This document shows positions 6,540 to 15,987 of a stretch of DNA of 27,067 nucleotides, in pieces; the first letter of the stretch is position 1, and each line of letters begins with the position of its first letter. The notes below the pieces were generated by a model, which had not been told where the DNA came from, searched no databases, and worked only from the letters and a program-made list of their open reading frames with translations. The position numbers were made by a program, and so were the translations under genes. Source of the DNA: a virus (Duplodnaviria; Caudoviricetes); IMG/VR virus record IMGVR_UViG_3300005758_000238, positions 1 to 27,067 of that record; one strand, given 5' to 3'.

Positions 6540-6834
6540 ATATCAAGAAAAAGCCATGAGCTTTGCCTTACCTACCGCTAAGACAGCCCCTTATATGCTG
6601 CTTGGGCTGTCTAGCGAAGTAGGTGAACTGCACAGTCTCTTTGCTAAGTTTGAACGTGATGGTAAGATTGACTTTGAATTTGTAAAGAAAGAGACCGGTG
6701 ATGTCTTGTGGTTCGTAGCAGGTGTTGCTAATCACTTCGGTTTTAAGCTTGATGACATTGCACAAATGAACATTGATAAACTTGAAAGCCGTAAGCAGCG
6801 GAATACAATTCAAGGCTCTGGCGATAACCGTTGA
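6526..6834 (+). CDS. MazG-like nucleoside triphosphate pyrophosphohydrolase
   Basis: GLSSEVGEL...KETGDVLWF...NIDKLESRKQRNTIQGSGDNR. Confidence 0.9.
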   Translation: MELNEYQEKAMSFALPTAKTAPYMLLGLSSEVGELHSLFAKFERDGKIDFEFVKKETGDVLWFVAGVANHFGFKLDDIAQMNIDKLESRKQRNTIQGSGDNR

Positions 6835-6845
6835 AAGGAACAATC

Positions 6846-7133
6846 ATGGTAGAATCTGGTGATAAAGAATATTACGGGTTTGAGTACAAGGACTGTGAAG
6901 GTAAAGTGTACAAGACACACATCGAGACTTCAGAGCATACGTGGGATGAAATCCTGAATGACTTTGTTAAGTTCCTTGAAGGTGTCTATGGCTATCCGAT
7001 CATGGACAGGATCAAGGTGCAAGAGCCTGTGTGGTTGCACTTAGATGATGCAGAAGAACTGTGGAAGTGGCGCGGCCCTCGTTGGAAAAAGGACGAAGAT
7101 GAGAATACTGATAATCCCGGACTGTCAGATTAA
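6846..7133 (+). CDS. Hypothetical protein
   Basis: ORF track; AAAGGA before ATG 6846; in operon. Confidence 0.7.
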   Translation: MVESGDKEYYGFEYKDCEGKVYKTHIETSEHTWDEILNDFVKFLEGVYGYPIMDRIKVQEPVWLHLDDAEELWKWRGPRWKKDEDENTDNPGLSD

Positions 7134-7875
7134 AGAGGGTGTCCCTACTGAGCATCTTGAATGGGCAGGGCAGGCTATCTGCGACTACAAGCCTGATGTT
7201 GTAGTTAACATAGGGGACTTTGCTGACATGCCTAGCCTATCCAGTCACGATGTCAAAGGCTCTAAATACTTTGAAGGCTTGCGTTACAAGACCGACATTC
7301 AAGTAGCTAAGGAAGCAATGAAGAAACTACTAGCTCCTCTACGTGGCTTGCAGTCTAAGCAGCGTAAGAACAAGGAAAAGGTTTACAAGCCTCGTATGGT
7401 TCTGACGCTTGGTAATCATGAGCATAGGATCGATAGAGCCGTTAACAACAATCCTACACTTGAGGGGTTGATTTCTACAAAGGACTTGGAGTATGAGAAA
7501 GATTGGGAAGTTTATCCTTTTCTGCACCCTGTGTTCATTAATGGTGTGGGCTTTAATCACTACTGGCCCGTAGGCGCTATGGGTAGACCTGCTGGTTCCG
7601 CTGCAGCTATCATTAACAAGTTGCATATGAGTTGCGTAGCAGGTCACCAACAAGGAAAACAGGTAGCATATGGCAAAAGAGCCGATGGTAAGCCTATTTG
7701 TGCTATTATCGCGGGTAGCTATTATCTTCACGATGAGAGTTATATGGATCAGCTTAGTAATAGGCATTGGCGTGGTCTTGTTATCCTGAATGAGGTACAA
7801 GGTGGTCACTTCGATGAACTGTTCTTGAGCATTGAATATCTACAGAGGAAATATGCAAACAAAAACCAAAGTTAA
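7099..7875 (+). CDS. Calcineurin-like metallophosphoesterase
   Basis: PDCQ, GDFAD, GNHE, NH and GH motifs. Confidence 0.88.
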   Translation: MRILIIPDCQIKEGVPTEHLEWAGQAICDYKPDVVVNIGDFADMPSLSSHDVKGSKYFEGLRYKTDIQVAKEAMKKLLAPLRGLQSKQRKNKEKVYKPRMVLTLGNHEHRIDRAVNNNPTLEGLISTKDLEYEKDWEVYPFLHPVFINGVGFNHYWPVGAMGRPAGSAAAIINKLHMSCVAGHQQGKQVAYGKRADGKPICAIIAGSYYLHDESYMDQLSNRHWRGLVILNEVQGGHFDELFLSIEYLQRKYANKNQS

Positions 7876-8203
7876 AAGTATCCACAGCCGTACCTTTTTG
7901 AATAAAGACCGTGGATTAGCGGCTATCGATATTTCTTTCGATATTTGGCCCTACGGAGGTGGTTTTTATAGCGAAGTCATTATCAGCGATTGTAATCGTT
8001 CAGTTACTTTAGACTTTAACGTAAGCACTAAAAAACAATTTGATGAGCGTTATAAGAAGCTTGATCTGTTGATCCGAGAGCTTAAAAAACTACAAGATCA
8101 TATGGCAACAAATGCTGAGGCAATTAAGCAAGAGATGGACGAACGTAATTCCCGGCCAAAGAAAAACAAGTTATCAATTCTTGAAGATTTGCTTGAGGAC
8201 TGA
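7853..8203 (+). CDS. Hypothetical protein
   Basis: GAGGA RBS before ATG 7853; ORF track. Confidence 0.7.
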   Translation: MQTKTKVKSIHSRTFLNKDRGLAAIDISFDIWPYGGGFYSEVIISDCNRSVTLDFNVSTKKQFDERYKKLDLLIRELKKLQDHMATNAEAIKQEMDERNSRPKKNKLSILEDLLED

Positions 8204-8204
8204 T

Positions 8205-8663
8205 ATGGAACAAACAATCCATAAATGTAACTCGTGCTTCTATAAGTACTATGACAAAGACAGAGAACACCCTTGTAAGCTCTGTGAGAACTACAAGAAC
8301 TTTGTTCCTTGGAATATGTATAGTGATGAGCCGGACAACTCTGTTCCTGAGTGGAAACCTGTTCATGAAGCTGTCAAGTCTTGGCATGAAGGTGTTAATG
8401 GCATGACAGGTGAAGACTATGACGTTGTGTCTAAGCCTAAGCATTACATGCTTTTTGAAGAGTGCGGCATTGAAGTACGCGATGTCATTGAACGGCTGGT
8501 AGACAAGATTAGCTCTCAAAGCTCCGGTATGTTTATTTCAGACTACGTACAAATGATGCAGTACCTGATGCGCTTCATGGACAAGAATGGTGTAGAAGAC
8601 CTAAAGAAAGCGCGCTGGTATTTAGATAAGTTGTGTGAAGCCTATGAGCAGCCTCACGTTTGA
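8205..8663 (+). CDS. DUF3310 / T7 gp1.7-like protein (putative nucleotide kinase) with N-terminal CxxC-CxxC module
   Basis: DVVSKPKHY...YLMRFMDKNGVEDLKKARWYL; N-terminal CNSC and CKLC. Confidence 0.8.
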   Translation: MEQTIHKCNSCFYKYYDKDREHPCKLCENYKNFVPWNMYSDEPDNSVPEWKPVHEAVKSWHEGVNGMTGEDYDVVSKPKHYMLFEECGIEVRDVIERLVDKISSQSSGMFISDYVQMMQYLMRFMDKNGVEDLKKARWYLDKLCEAYEQPHV

Positions 8664-8811
8664 AGAACTAAAAGAGAAGCTTATAATGCTCGATGAGGTG
8701 ACTTTATTAGAAATACTTAATATCTCTAGTGAAGACCTCGTTGAGCGTTTTGAAGATATTGTAGAAGACAAACAAGAGAAACTAGAAAGGTTAATTAATG
8801 AGCAGTTTTAG
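8644..8811 (+). CDS. Small acidic hypothetical protein (55 aa)
   Basis: Manual ORF MSSLTFEELKEKLIMLDEVTLLEILNISSEDLVERFEDIVEDKQEKLERLINEQF fills the gap before RNR. Confidence 0.75.
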   Translation: MSSLTFEELKEKLIMLDEVTLLEILNISSEDLVERFEDIVEDKQEKLERLINEQF

Positions 8812-8873
8812 GTGTACTTATGCCACATGCTGATATGGCTTGCAAAAGCTAAAAAATATTTAACGGAGAAATA

Positions 8874-10799
8874 ATGACTGAACTTATGAAATACGAAACA
8901 CCTTTTAGCTCTGTTGGTTACATTACGTACAAGCGTACATACGCCCGCCGCTTGGACGAGGCAGACCCTAACAGTGCCACAGAAGAATTTGAGGATACTG
9001 TTAATCGTGTCGTTAACGCATCAAATACTCAATTAGGTGTTGGGTTTACTCCTGAAGAACAACAGCGTCTTAAGAAGTACTTGATGGAGCTTAAGGGGAC
9101 TGTTGCAGGACGCTTTTTGTGGCAGCTTGGGACAGACACTGTGGGTCGCCTAGGTGGTGCTAGTCTTCAAAACTGTGCTTTTAAAGTTGTTGACCAGCCG
9201 GTTGAGCCATTTACGTGGGCAATGGATTTGCTTATGCTTGGCTCCGGTGTTGGTTATAATATTCAAAAGGCTAATGTTGAAAAACTTCCTCCAGTCAATG
9301 TGGATTTTAAGTGTCCTGTTCGTTCTGATGTTCCCGATGCTGATTTCATTGTCCCTGATAGTCGTGAGGGATGGGTTGCCCTTCTTGGTAAGACGCTTAA
9401 AGCTGCTTTCTTGGCTCACGAGTCTGGTAAGCAATCGTTTACCTATTCGACACAGTTAATTCGCTCTAAAGGTGCCCCTATTAAAGGATTCGGAGGTACT
9501 GCCAGTGGCCCTGAAGACCTTGTGTGGGGTATTGGAAAGATCGGAGAAATCCTAGAAAAGCGGGCAGGTAAGAAACTTCGTCCTGTGGATTGTCTTGACA
9601 TCATGAATATTATCGGTGCTGTTGTTGTTGCTGGTAATGTTCGCCGCAGTGCTCAAATTGCTATTGGAGACCCTGACGATGTGGAATATTTGCTTGCTAA
9701 ACGATGGGACTTGGGTAATATCCCGAGCTGGCGAGCCATGTCCAACAACAGCGTTGTTTGTCACGACATTGGAGACCTTCATGAGTTTTTCTGGGATGGA
9801 TATGAAGGAAAAGGAGAGCCTTATGGTCTCATTAACCTCAAACTATCCCGTAAGATTGGACGGCTTGGTGAAACCGAATACCCTGATCCCGATGTACAAG
9901 GTTACAACCCCTGTGCGGAGCAGAGTTTGGCTGACGGGGAAACTTGCTGCCTTGCGGAAATTTATCTTCCAAATATTACTTCTAAAGAGGAAATGCTAGA
10001 TGTTGCCAAGCTTCTCTATCGTGTTAACAAGCACTCGCTCGCTCTTCCGTTCCATCTCAAGATTACTGAAGAGATCGTACATAAAAATATGCGTATGGGT
10101 ATTGGTGTCACGGGCGTCCTACAAGCTACGGAGGAACAAAAAGGATGGTTGAATGATGTGTATAAAGAACTCCGTGTGTTTGATAAGCAGTATTCTGCTG
10201 ATAAAGGCTTTCCTACATCAGTGAAGATTACTACTGTTAAACCCTCCGGGACTTTATCGTTGCTTCCGGGTGTTACTCCGGGATGTCATCCTGCTTATGC
10301 CCGCTACATGATTAGACGTATTCGTATCAGCTCTAACCATCCTCTTGTGCAGACCTGCCGAGATCATGGCTATCCTGTTGAATACCAGCAAAACTTTGAT
10401 GGCTCAGAGGACCGCAGCACTGTTGTTGTGTCCTTCCCGTTCCGTCACCCAGATCATGCAGTATTGGCTAAAGACATGACAGCAATTCAGCAGCTAGAAA
10501 CTGTTAAATGGTTGCAAGAAGTGTGGAGCGATAACTCTGTGTCGTGTACCGTGTACTATCGTAAAGAAGAGCTTACGGAGATTCGTAAGTATCTTAAGAA
10601 GAACTACAAGAACAACCATAAGAGCCTGTCTTTCTTGCTTCACAACGAGCATGGATTCAAGCAAGCTCCTTTGGAAGAGATCACTAAAGAACAGTATGAT
10701 GAGTTGGTTGCTAAGACCCGTCTGATTACTTCTATTGATAGTCTCGACATTGGTCTGGACGATAGTGAATGTGCTTCTGGCGCTTGCCCGATTCGTTAA
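8874..10799 (+). CDS. nrdJ: Class II (adenosylcobalamin-dependent) ribonucleotide reductase, RTPR type
   Basis: SLQNC, GNVRRSA, NPCAEQ, TTVKPSGT, C-terminal CASGACP; no small subunit gene nearby. Confidence 0.92.
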   Translation: MTELMKYETPFSSVGYITYKRTYARRLDEADPNSATEEFEDTVNRVVNASNTQLGVGFTPEEQQRLKKYLMELKGTVAGRFLWQLGTDTVGRLGGASLQNCAFKVVDQPVEPFTWAMDLLMLGSGVGYNIQKANVEKLPPVNVDFKCPVRSDVPDADFIVPDSREGWVALLGKTLKAAFLAHESGKQSFTYSTQLIRSKGAPIKGFGGTASGPEDLVWGIGKIGEILEKRAGKKLRPVDCLDIMNIIGAVVVAGNVRRSAQIAIGDPDDVEYLLAKRWDLGNIPSWRAMSNNSVVCHDIGDLHEFFWDGYEGKGEPYGLINLKLSRKIGRLGETEYPDPDVQGYNPCAEQSLADGETCCLAEIYLPNITSKEEMLDVAKLLYRVNKHSLALPFHLKITEEIVHKNMRMGIGVTGVLQATEEQKGWLNDVYKELRVFDKQYSADKGFPTSVKITTVKPSGTLSLLPGVTPGCHPAYARYMIRRIRISSNHPLVQTCRDHGYPVEYQQNFDGSEDRSTVVVSFPFRHPDHAVLAKDMTAIQQLETVKWLQEVWSDNSVSCTVYYRKEELTEIRKYLKKNYKNNHKSLSFLLHNEHGFKQAPLEEITKEQYDELVAKTRLITSIDSLDIGLDDSECASGACPIR

Positions 10800-10800
10800 T

Positions 10801-10986
10801 ATGAAAGTAGTCTACACTAAGGATGCTTGTCCAGCGTGTGTGACTTTGAAGGCTTCCCTAGCTCAGGCTGGGGAGGCTTTTAAGGAAGTCAAGATTGGAC
10901 GAGACATTACACGAGAAGAGTTCATGGCTAAATATCCTACAGTACGGACTGTCCCGTATGTCGTGGATGATGATAAGGGTGAGTAA
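10801..10986 (+). CDS. Glutaredoxin-like protein
   Basis: YTKDACPAC and RTVP motifs, immediately after RNR. Confidence 0.88.
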   Translation: MKVVYTKDACPACVTLKASLAQAGEAFKEVKIGRDITREEFMAKYPTVRTVPYVVDDDKGE

Positions 10987-11165
10987 TGAAAACTTATTTG
11001 CATATACATTTTTCAGCAAATTCTGTAAAAGAAGCCGTAGATGTTTTAACTGAAATAACACAAAGAGTAGCAAAAGAACTAGATAAAGATTGGGAGTCTT
11101 GTGATTTTATCTATTCTTACGACAAAAGATATGTCGATACTTCTGATTATGATGAAAGTGAATAA
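10986..11165 (+). CDS. Hypothetical protein (59 aa)
   Basis: Manual ORF MKTYLHIHFSANSVKEAVDVL..., TAATG overlaps on both sides; AT-rich. Confidence 0.7.
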   Translation: MKTYLHIHFSANSVKEAVDVLTEITQRVAKELDKDWESCDFIYSYDKRYVDTSDYDESE

Positions 11166-11893
11166 TGACTACGGTACCTGCCAAGAAAGAGACTGCTAAA
11201 GAGAAGCAGTCAAACAGTTTGAAGTTGAAGCTGGATGATATGGCAGTTATCCGACCGAAGACAGACAAACAGAAAGAGTTCTTTGAAGCCTATCAACGTG
11301 GGGACTACTTCGTAGCCCTTCACGGAGTAGCTGGAACAGGTAAGACATACATTGCTTTGTATAAAGCACTTGAAGAGGTCTTGGACAAGGGTAATCCCTT
11401 CTACAAGGTAACCATCATCAGGAGCGCAGTTCAAAGTCGTGATATGGGCTTCCTTCCCGGTGACGTGGATGAGAAAATGGATGTGTACCTCCAGCCGTAT
11501 AAGCAAATCTGTGCAGACTTGTTCAAACGTAAGGATGCTTGGGATCGCTTAGAAGAGCAAGGCCATGTAGAGTTTGTGTCTACCAGCTTCATTCGAGGGA
11601 CTACTTTCACCAATAGTGTCTTGATTGTCGATGAGATGCAGAACCTTACATTTGAGGAACTAGACACTATCATCACACGAGTAGGTGACAAGTCCAAGAT
11701 CATATTCTGTGGTGACTATCGACAGACCGACCTTAAGAAGAAGGATGACAAATCTGGACTGTTAAAGTTCCTAGACATTGCTAGTAAGATGTCAGAGTTC
11801 TCTCGGTTTGAGTTCAGCATTGATGACATTGTACGTAGCTCACTTGTAAAGAACTACATTGTGGCTAAAACTAAATATGAGGATGGTTTATGA
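11165..11893 (+). CDS. phoH: PhoH-like ATPase
   Basis: GVAGTGKT, MGFLPGD, FIRGTTF, DEMQN, GDYRQTD, DIVRS. Confidence 0.95.
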   Translation: MTTVPAKKETAKEKQSNSLKLKLDDMAVIRPKTDKQKEFFEAYQRGDYFVALHGVAGTGKTYIALYKALEEVLDKGNPFYKVTIIRSAVQSRDMGFLPGDVDEKMDVYLQPYKQICADLFKRKDAWDRLEEQGHVEFVSTSFIRGTTFTNSVLIVDEMQNLTFEELDTIITRVGDKSKIIFCGDYRQTDLKKKDDKSGLLKFLDIASKMSEFSRFEFSIDDIVRSSLVKNYIVAKTKYEDGL

Positions 11894-12060
11894 TCTTTGA
11901 TGTACGCATGGCTAAGGGCTTCATAGTAGGTATCTCTCACGATACTGCGCTTATGATCCCTGATGATATCGATGAAGATAAGATGACTGATGACGACATT
12001 GAAGAAAGAGCTTGTATCCACTTGTTCTTAACCTTCTTTGTCCTCACCGTAATCTTTTAA
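11890..12060 (+). CDS. Hypothetical protein (56 aa), acidic centre, hydrophobic C-terminus
   Basis: Manual ORF with ATGA overlap and GAGGA RBS; last gene of the + block. Confidence 0.65.
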   Translation: MIFDVRMAKGFIVGISHDTALMIPDDIDEDKMTDDDIEERACIHLFLTFFVLTVIF

Positions 12061-12067
12061 TAGAAAC

Positions 12068-12101
12068 AAAAAAGCCCCGATGGATCACTCCAAAGGGGCT
12101 T
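12068..12101 (-). terminator. Rho-independent terminator between the convergent blocks (possibly bidirectional)
   Basis: AAGCCCC...GGGGCTT stem with inner TGGA/TCCA; A6 at 12068-12073 gives a U tract on -; T-rich flank on +. Confidence 0.8.
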
Positions 12102-12107
12102 ACTTAT

Positions 12108-12554
12108 TTATGGTTCTAATTGTGCTCTACAAGCTTTTAAGGCTTGTCTGAGGATGTCTGCTTTGGCAGCTTCCCCGATAAGAAATTCAGCATCCTGCCT
12201 ATAAAGTCTGTCTCCAGTGCTTCCTGCTCCTGTGCAGACAGAGGGAGCACTAGGGGCTTCTGTGGCGGGATTGGTAGGTCTTTCTGGACGCTGGCGCAGG
12301 CTGTCAACGATAGAAGCATGACGCTTGTTAAGATTCTTGATAGCATTCTCTTTATCCTTCTGTAAAGACAATATCTTTTGTTTATTGTCCTTCTCTAACT
12401 GCAACAATAATGCCTTTTGAGCATTCTGATACTCCAAGAGCTTAACAGCTTCCTTGTTGGAGCCGTATTTGTATCCGTAGTAGGCACTGACTACACATAA
12501 GATTACACAAAGTGTTACTTTTAGTACAGTTTTATTTAAAATGGCTGTCCACAT
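12108..12554 (-). CDS. Inner-membrane spanin (Rz-like)
   Basis: N-terminal TM helix, coiled coil, follows endolysin, contains a nested lipoprotein ORF. Confidence 0.85.
   Translation of the reverse strand: MWTAILNKTVLKVTLCVILCVVSAYYGYKYGSNKEAVKLLEYQNAQKALLLQLEKDNKQKILSLQKDKENAIKNLNKRHASIVDSLRQRPERPTNPATEAPSAPSVCTGAGSTGDRLYRQDAEFLIGEAAKADILRQALKACRAQLEP
12137..12346 (-). CDS. Outer-membrane spanin lipoprotein (Rz1-like), embedded in Rz
   Basis: Signal peptide with lipobox LTAC, Pro-rich mature region; alternative frame wholly inside Rz. Confidence 0.85.
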   Translation of the reverse strand: MLSRILTSVMLLSLTACASVQKDLPIPPQKPLVLPLSAQEQEALETDFIGRMLNFLSGKLPKQTSSDKP

Positions 12555-13005
12555 TTCCCATACAGAGATTATATTCTCTCTGTCTCCTTAGTGTCAAACC
12601 CTTAAGAGGCTGTCCTTTAAACTTATCCCATCTAAGGATCTCTTTACAAGCTCCTTCATAGTCATAAGTGTTCAGTTTCTTGACAAGAGTAGAATTACAA
12701 AAAGCAGTAGGCCCGATATTGTAGGTGAGAGAGATGTAAGCATCAAACTCATATTGGTACATTGGTACTGGAGCACATCGTTTAACTGCTTGGGTGAATT
12801 TATCTGCGTCATTGAATAGTCTTACAAGTGCCCTTTCCGGGGTTATAGTGTCTCCCTGCTTGACTCCTGAGGTAGTCCCAAATCCGATAGTGGGTACATC
12901 TCCTTTGACTGGTGTGTAAGCTTGGCCTACAAAGCCTTCTTCCACTGCAATGCCTACCAGTACAGCGGCTGTGAGCACTAACGAAGTTGGGACTAACCTA
13001 TTCAT
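12532..13005 (-). CDS. GH24 lysozyme, probable SAR endolysin
   Basis: EG...D..TIGFG catalytic region, FDAYISLTYNIG, GLTLRRQRE; weakly hydrophobic N-terminal anchor. Confidence 0.92.
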   Translation of the reverse strand: MNRLVPTSLVLTAAVLVGIAVEEGFVGQAYTPVKGDVPTIGFGTTSGVKQGDTITPERALVRLFNDADKFTQAVKRCAPVPMYQYEFDAYISLTYNIGPTAFCNSTLVKKLNTYDYEGACKEILRWDKFKGQPLKGLTLRRQREYNLCMGNVDSHFK

Positions 13006-13199
13006 TTCTTACCTGCTACGTCTTTATAGATGTTGTAGATTTTATGAGCAATCATCAGTACCGTGTAGATCAGAGTAGCCCATAAGAGCAACTCCGATAC
13101 TTGGTAACCAGATACTGTGGCAAGAGAGACAGTAACCGGAGCAGCAGCCTTAGCTGCCATTCCAGATACCGTTTCTGTGGTTGACTGTGATAAAGACAT
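13002..13199 (-). CDS. Putative holin/pinholin (65 aa)
   Basis: Small hydrophobic protein directly upstream of endolysin, basic C-terminus; GGAGG RBS before ATG 13199. Confidence 0.65.
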   Translation of the reverse strand: MSLSQSTTETVSGMAAKAAAPVTVSLATVSGYQVSELLLWATLIYTVLMIAHKIYNIYKDVAGKK

Positions 13200-13203
13200 C
13201 TTA

Positions 13204-14700
13204 TCATTCCTCCGGTTGAGCCATAAGCCCAGACAACATCCCTCTCCAAGCCATGTTAGCAGGAACTTGAGGTAAGTTTCCTGTGGCAATGTCCGATATT
13301 AACCTATTGGCTGAACGTTGACGAAGTGCGCTTTGAAGCTTATCTGCAGCAAAACCAGCACCGCTTACAGTAGCTGCCAAAGCGGGATTAGTACCTGCTG
13401 CAAATGCAGTACCTGCAGTAACAAGCTGACTACGTTCAGGGTTAAACCGAGCTAACAAAGACAACAACGGATCAGCTACTGGCCCTGATGCAACACTTTT
13501 AATGGCATTACGCTCACGCTCAGTAAAGAATCTCATTTTGTCTTTACTTGATGCCAGATTGATAAGTTGTCTACGAATTAACTCACCTTCAGAAGCCTTA
13601 GGATCAAGCGCCTTAGCTTCAGCAACATTCAGTGCATCTTCCAGCACAGAAGCGCGGGATAAGTTACGCCAGTCTTTACGAGCAGACTGCACAGCTTTTA
13701 CAGCCTCGCCTAAATTATTCTTACCTGCAATAATATCTTTACCAGATAAACTTGTGATGTAACTATCTAAATCAGCAACCGCTTGACCAGCATATTTTCT
13801 TGTAGCAGCTTCTTTAGAGTTTTTCAATTCATTCAAAGCTGAACGAATCTGTTCAAGTTTCGGAAAAGATACCCGTTGTGTACCAACCATATCCCTAACT
13901 TGTTCAAGAACCTGAGCAACCGGCTTATGGTCATCTAATTTAGGATTAAAATTTTGCTTGACTAACTGATTCTCAATATTATTTAAAGTGTCCAGAACAG
14001 ATTTAGGCTTAACAAACACATTCTGTTCTTCCATCTTTGCATAAGATTGTTGTGCCCTACGTTTAATTTCGTTCAAAGACACCAAAGGCTCTCGCTTAGC
14101 AGTGGCCGAAGATGCTGCCTTAGCAGACAGACCACCAGCAACCGTACCTGCAGCTAATCCAGCAATAACAGCAGCAATAGGATTGTCTGTAGCTTCTTGT
14201 ACAATTTCAGCAGCTTTCTGAGAGGCTGCACCGCCAGCACCTGCTGCAACGGCTTGAGTACCGATGTTTTGACGCAATGGTGCAAGTGCCGCTGATGTAC
14301 CGGACAAAACTGCCTGAGCAGGAACGCCAGCTATTGCCGATGCTCCTGTCTGAACAGCCCGTTCTAAGCTTCCTTCTGGCTGTGGTAGGCCAGCAGCAGT
14401 CATCAGGTTTTGAATCCCTTGACTAGGAAGTTCCATAACCTTACGACCCGCCAATTGATTAGCCACAGCAGCAATGGGATCAGCCATCATTGCAGGAACT
14501 GCAGTTAAGCCTGTAATGCCTGCCCTAGCTGTTAAACCTGCCTGACGGGCAAGGTCTTGTCCTAAAGAACGTTGCTGTGGCTGACCTGCTTGAGCGTAGT
14601 TCTGCTGCACATACGCCAGCACTTGATCTTGTGTAGCTCCTTCTGGTGCAGTTACTTCATATTCTTTTCCATCAGGCGCTGTAACAATATAAGTAGCCAT
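13204..14700 (-). CDS. Putative internal virion / DNA ejection protein (498 aa)
   Basis: Ala/Gly-rich helical protein; position after tail genes as in podoviruses. Confidence 0.6.
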   Translation of the reverse strand: MATYIVTAPDGKEYEVTAPEGATQDQVLAYVQQNYAQAGQPQQRSLGQDLARQAGLTARAGITGLTAVPAMMADPIAAVANQLAGRKVMELPSQGIQNLMTAAGLPQPEGSLERAVQTGASAIAGVPAQAVLSGTSAALAPLRQNIGTQAVAAGAGGAASQKAAEIVQEATDNPIAAVIAGLAAGTVAGGLSAKAASSATAKREPLVSLNEIKRRAQQSYAKMEEQNVFVKPKSVLDTLNNIENQLVKQNFNPKLDDHKPVAQVLEQVRDMVGTQRVSFPKLEQIRSALNELKNSKEAATRKYAGQAVADLDSYITSLSGKDIIAGKNNLGEAVKAVQSARKDWRNLSRASVLEDALNVAEAKALDPKASEGELIRRQLINLASSKDKMRFFTERERNAIKSVASGPVADPLLSLLARFNPERSQLVTAGTAFAAGTNPALAATVSGAGFAADKLQSALRQRSANRLISDIATGNLPQVPANMAWRGMLSGLMAQPEE

Positions 14701-14712
14701 TATTACTTATCC

Positions 14713-15975
14713 TTATTGTTGTTTAGGACGGATAGACCAAGTTCCCGTACCTACTGCTGGTGTAGTTGCTGGCGCTGCTTTAGCAGGCTCTTTAGACTTC
14801 ATGAACTCTTCAAAAGAAATCGGCTGTTCGCCACGAGTAGTCCTAATCCAGTTAGAGTAATGATGTTCAATCTTGTTCAAGTTTTTTTGTAATTCTTTTC
14901 TGTCTTGACCAAGCTCTAACGAACCAACAGTAGCCTGCAATGCGTTCAATTCTTGCACAGCAACTTGACCCAAAGCACCGCCTGTAGGACTAGCATCACG
15001 CATTTGCTGCAGACGATCAAAACCAAGGTTAGCTTTAATGGTTAACAGTCGCTGGTTAAGGTTATATGCGTCTGTACCCGGAACAAACGACTGAGCCTTG
15101 CCTACTAAACCTGTAGTCATTCCACCAACAAGACTAGAAGCATCGGTAACATCACCAATAACTTTTGTTGCGTGTGTCAGTGCTGCCTGCTGTGCAGCTT
15201 CCTTACGTTCTGCTTTGTCTTGCTGTTTTGATTTTAATTCATCTAACCTTGTTTGAGCAATCTCACGCTGAACATCAGTTAATGCAGAACGATTAGCAGC
15301 CGACAATGCAGCTAATTGCTGTTTAAACTCACGGTCACGTTGTTTCTCAGCAGCATCGCGCTCAGCTTTTTCACGAGCAAGTTCAGCTTTAGCAATACGA
15401 TCAGCTTCAGCTTTTTGACGGCGTTCCAAAGAGGCAAAGATTTTATCAGGGCTGCCAAACTGACGCACTACAGTTTCAACATCTTTATCTGTTGCCTCAG
15501 GAGGTAAACCAGCTAAGGCTTGACGTAAGTTTTCTTCTCTCTGATTCGCTGCAACAATTCTTGCTTCGTCTGCTGCTGTTTTAGCCGCTGTTGCTTGGGC
15601 TTGACCTGTTTGAGCTTCTTGTGTCCGAATCTTCTCACTTTGTAACATCATAGCCTGAGCCTGCTGAGCAGCCTGCACAGCCAACTGAGGGTCAATGTTA
15701 CGCAGAGCCTGTGCATACTGCATCATACCCTCAGCAGTAGTCGTATCAAACTGAGAAGCTAACTGACGAAGCTGCGAAGCCTTCTTCATCGTAGGATCTT
15801 CTACTTCAGCACCTAACAGTCCGGCAACACCACGACCTAAACGATTAACATTACGGTAGATGTTGTATTGCATCTGTTGCTGTGGAGACATCTGAGAGAA
15901 CTGCAGAGCACGAGCTTCTGCCATCTGCTCAGGATCCATTGCAGTGCCAAAGAGACTAGGTAATTGTGTTGCCAT
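14713..15975 (-). CDS. Putative internal virion / DNA ejection protein (420 aa)
   Basis: Gln/Ala-rich coiled coil; C-terminal KANLGFDRLQQMRDASPTGGALGQV; synteny. Confidence 0.6.
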   Translation of the reverse strand: MATQLPSLFGTAMDPEQMAEARALQFSQMSPQQQMQYNIYRNVNRLGRGVAGLLGAEVEDPTMKKASQLRQLASQFDTTTAEGMMQYAQALRNIDPQLAVQAAQQAQAMMLQSEKIRTQEAQTGQAQATAAKTAADEARIVAANQREENLRQALAGLPPEATDKDVETVVRQFGSPDKIFASLERRQKAEADRIAKAELAREKAERDAAEKQRDREFKQQLAALSAANRSALTDVQREIAQTRLDELKSKQQDKAERKEAAQQAALTHATKVIGDVTDASSLVGGMTTGLVGKAQSFVPGTDAYNLNQRLLTIKANLGFDRLQQMRDASPTGGALGQVAVQELNALQATVGSLELGQDRKELQKNLNKIEHHYSNWIRTTRGEQPISFEEFMKSKEPAKAAPATTPAVGTGTWSIRPKQQ

Positions 15976-15987
15976 TTATATTATTCC

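Noticed and set aside
8798-8873. Short ORF remnant starting ATGAGCAG, same 8 nt as ORF 8644
   Set aside because: Only 11 codons before a stop; an 8-nt match is within chance
895-11703. Numerous short alternative-frame and antisense ORFs in the track (e.g. 1939-2226, 2628-2984, 7339-7809, 9616-9999)
   Set aside because: They overlap well-supported genes and lack RBS and motifs
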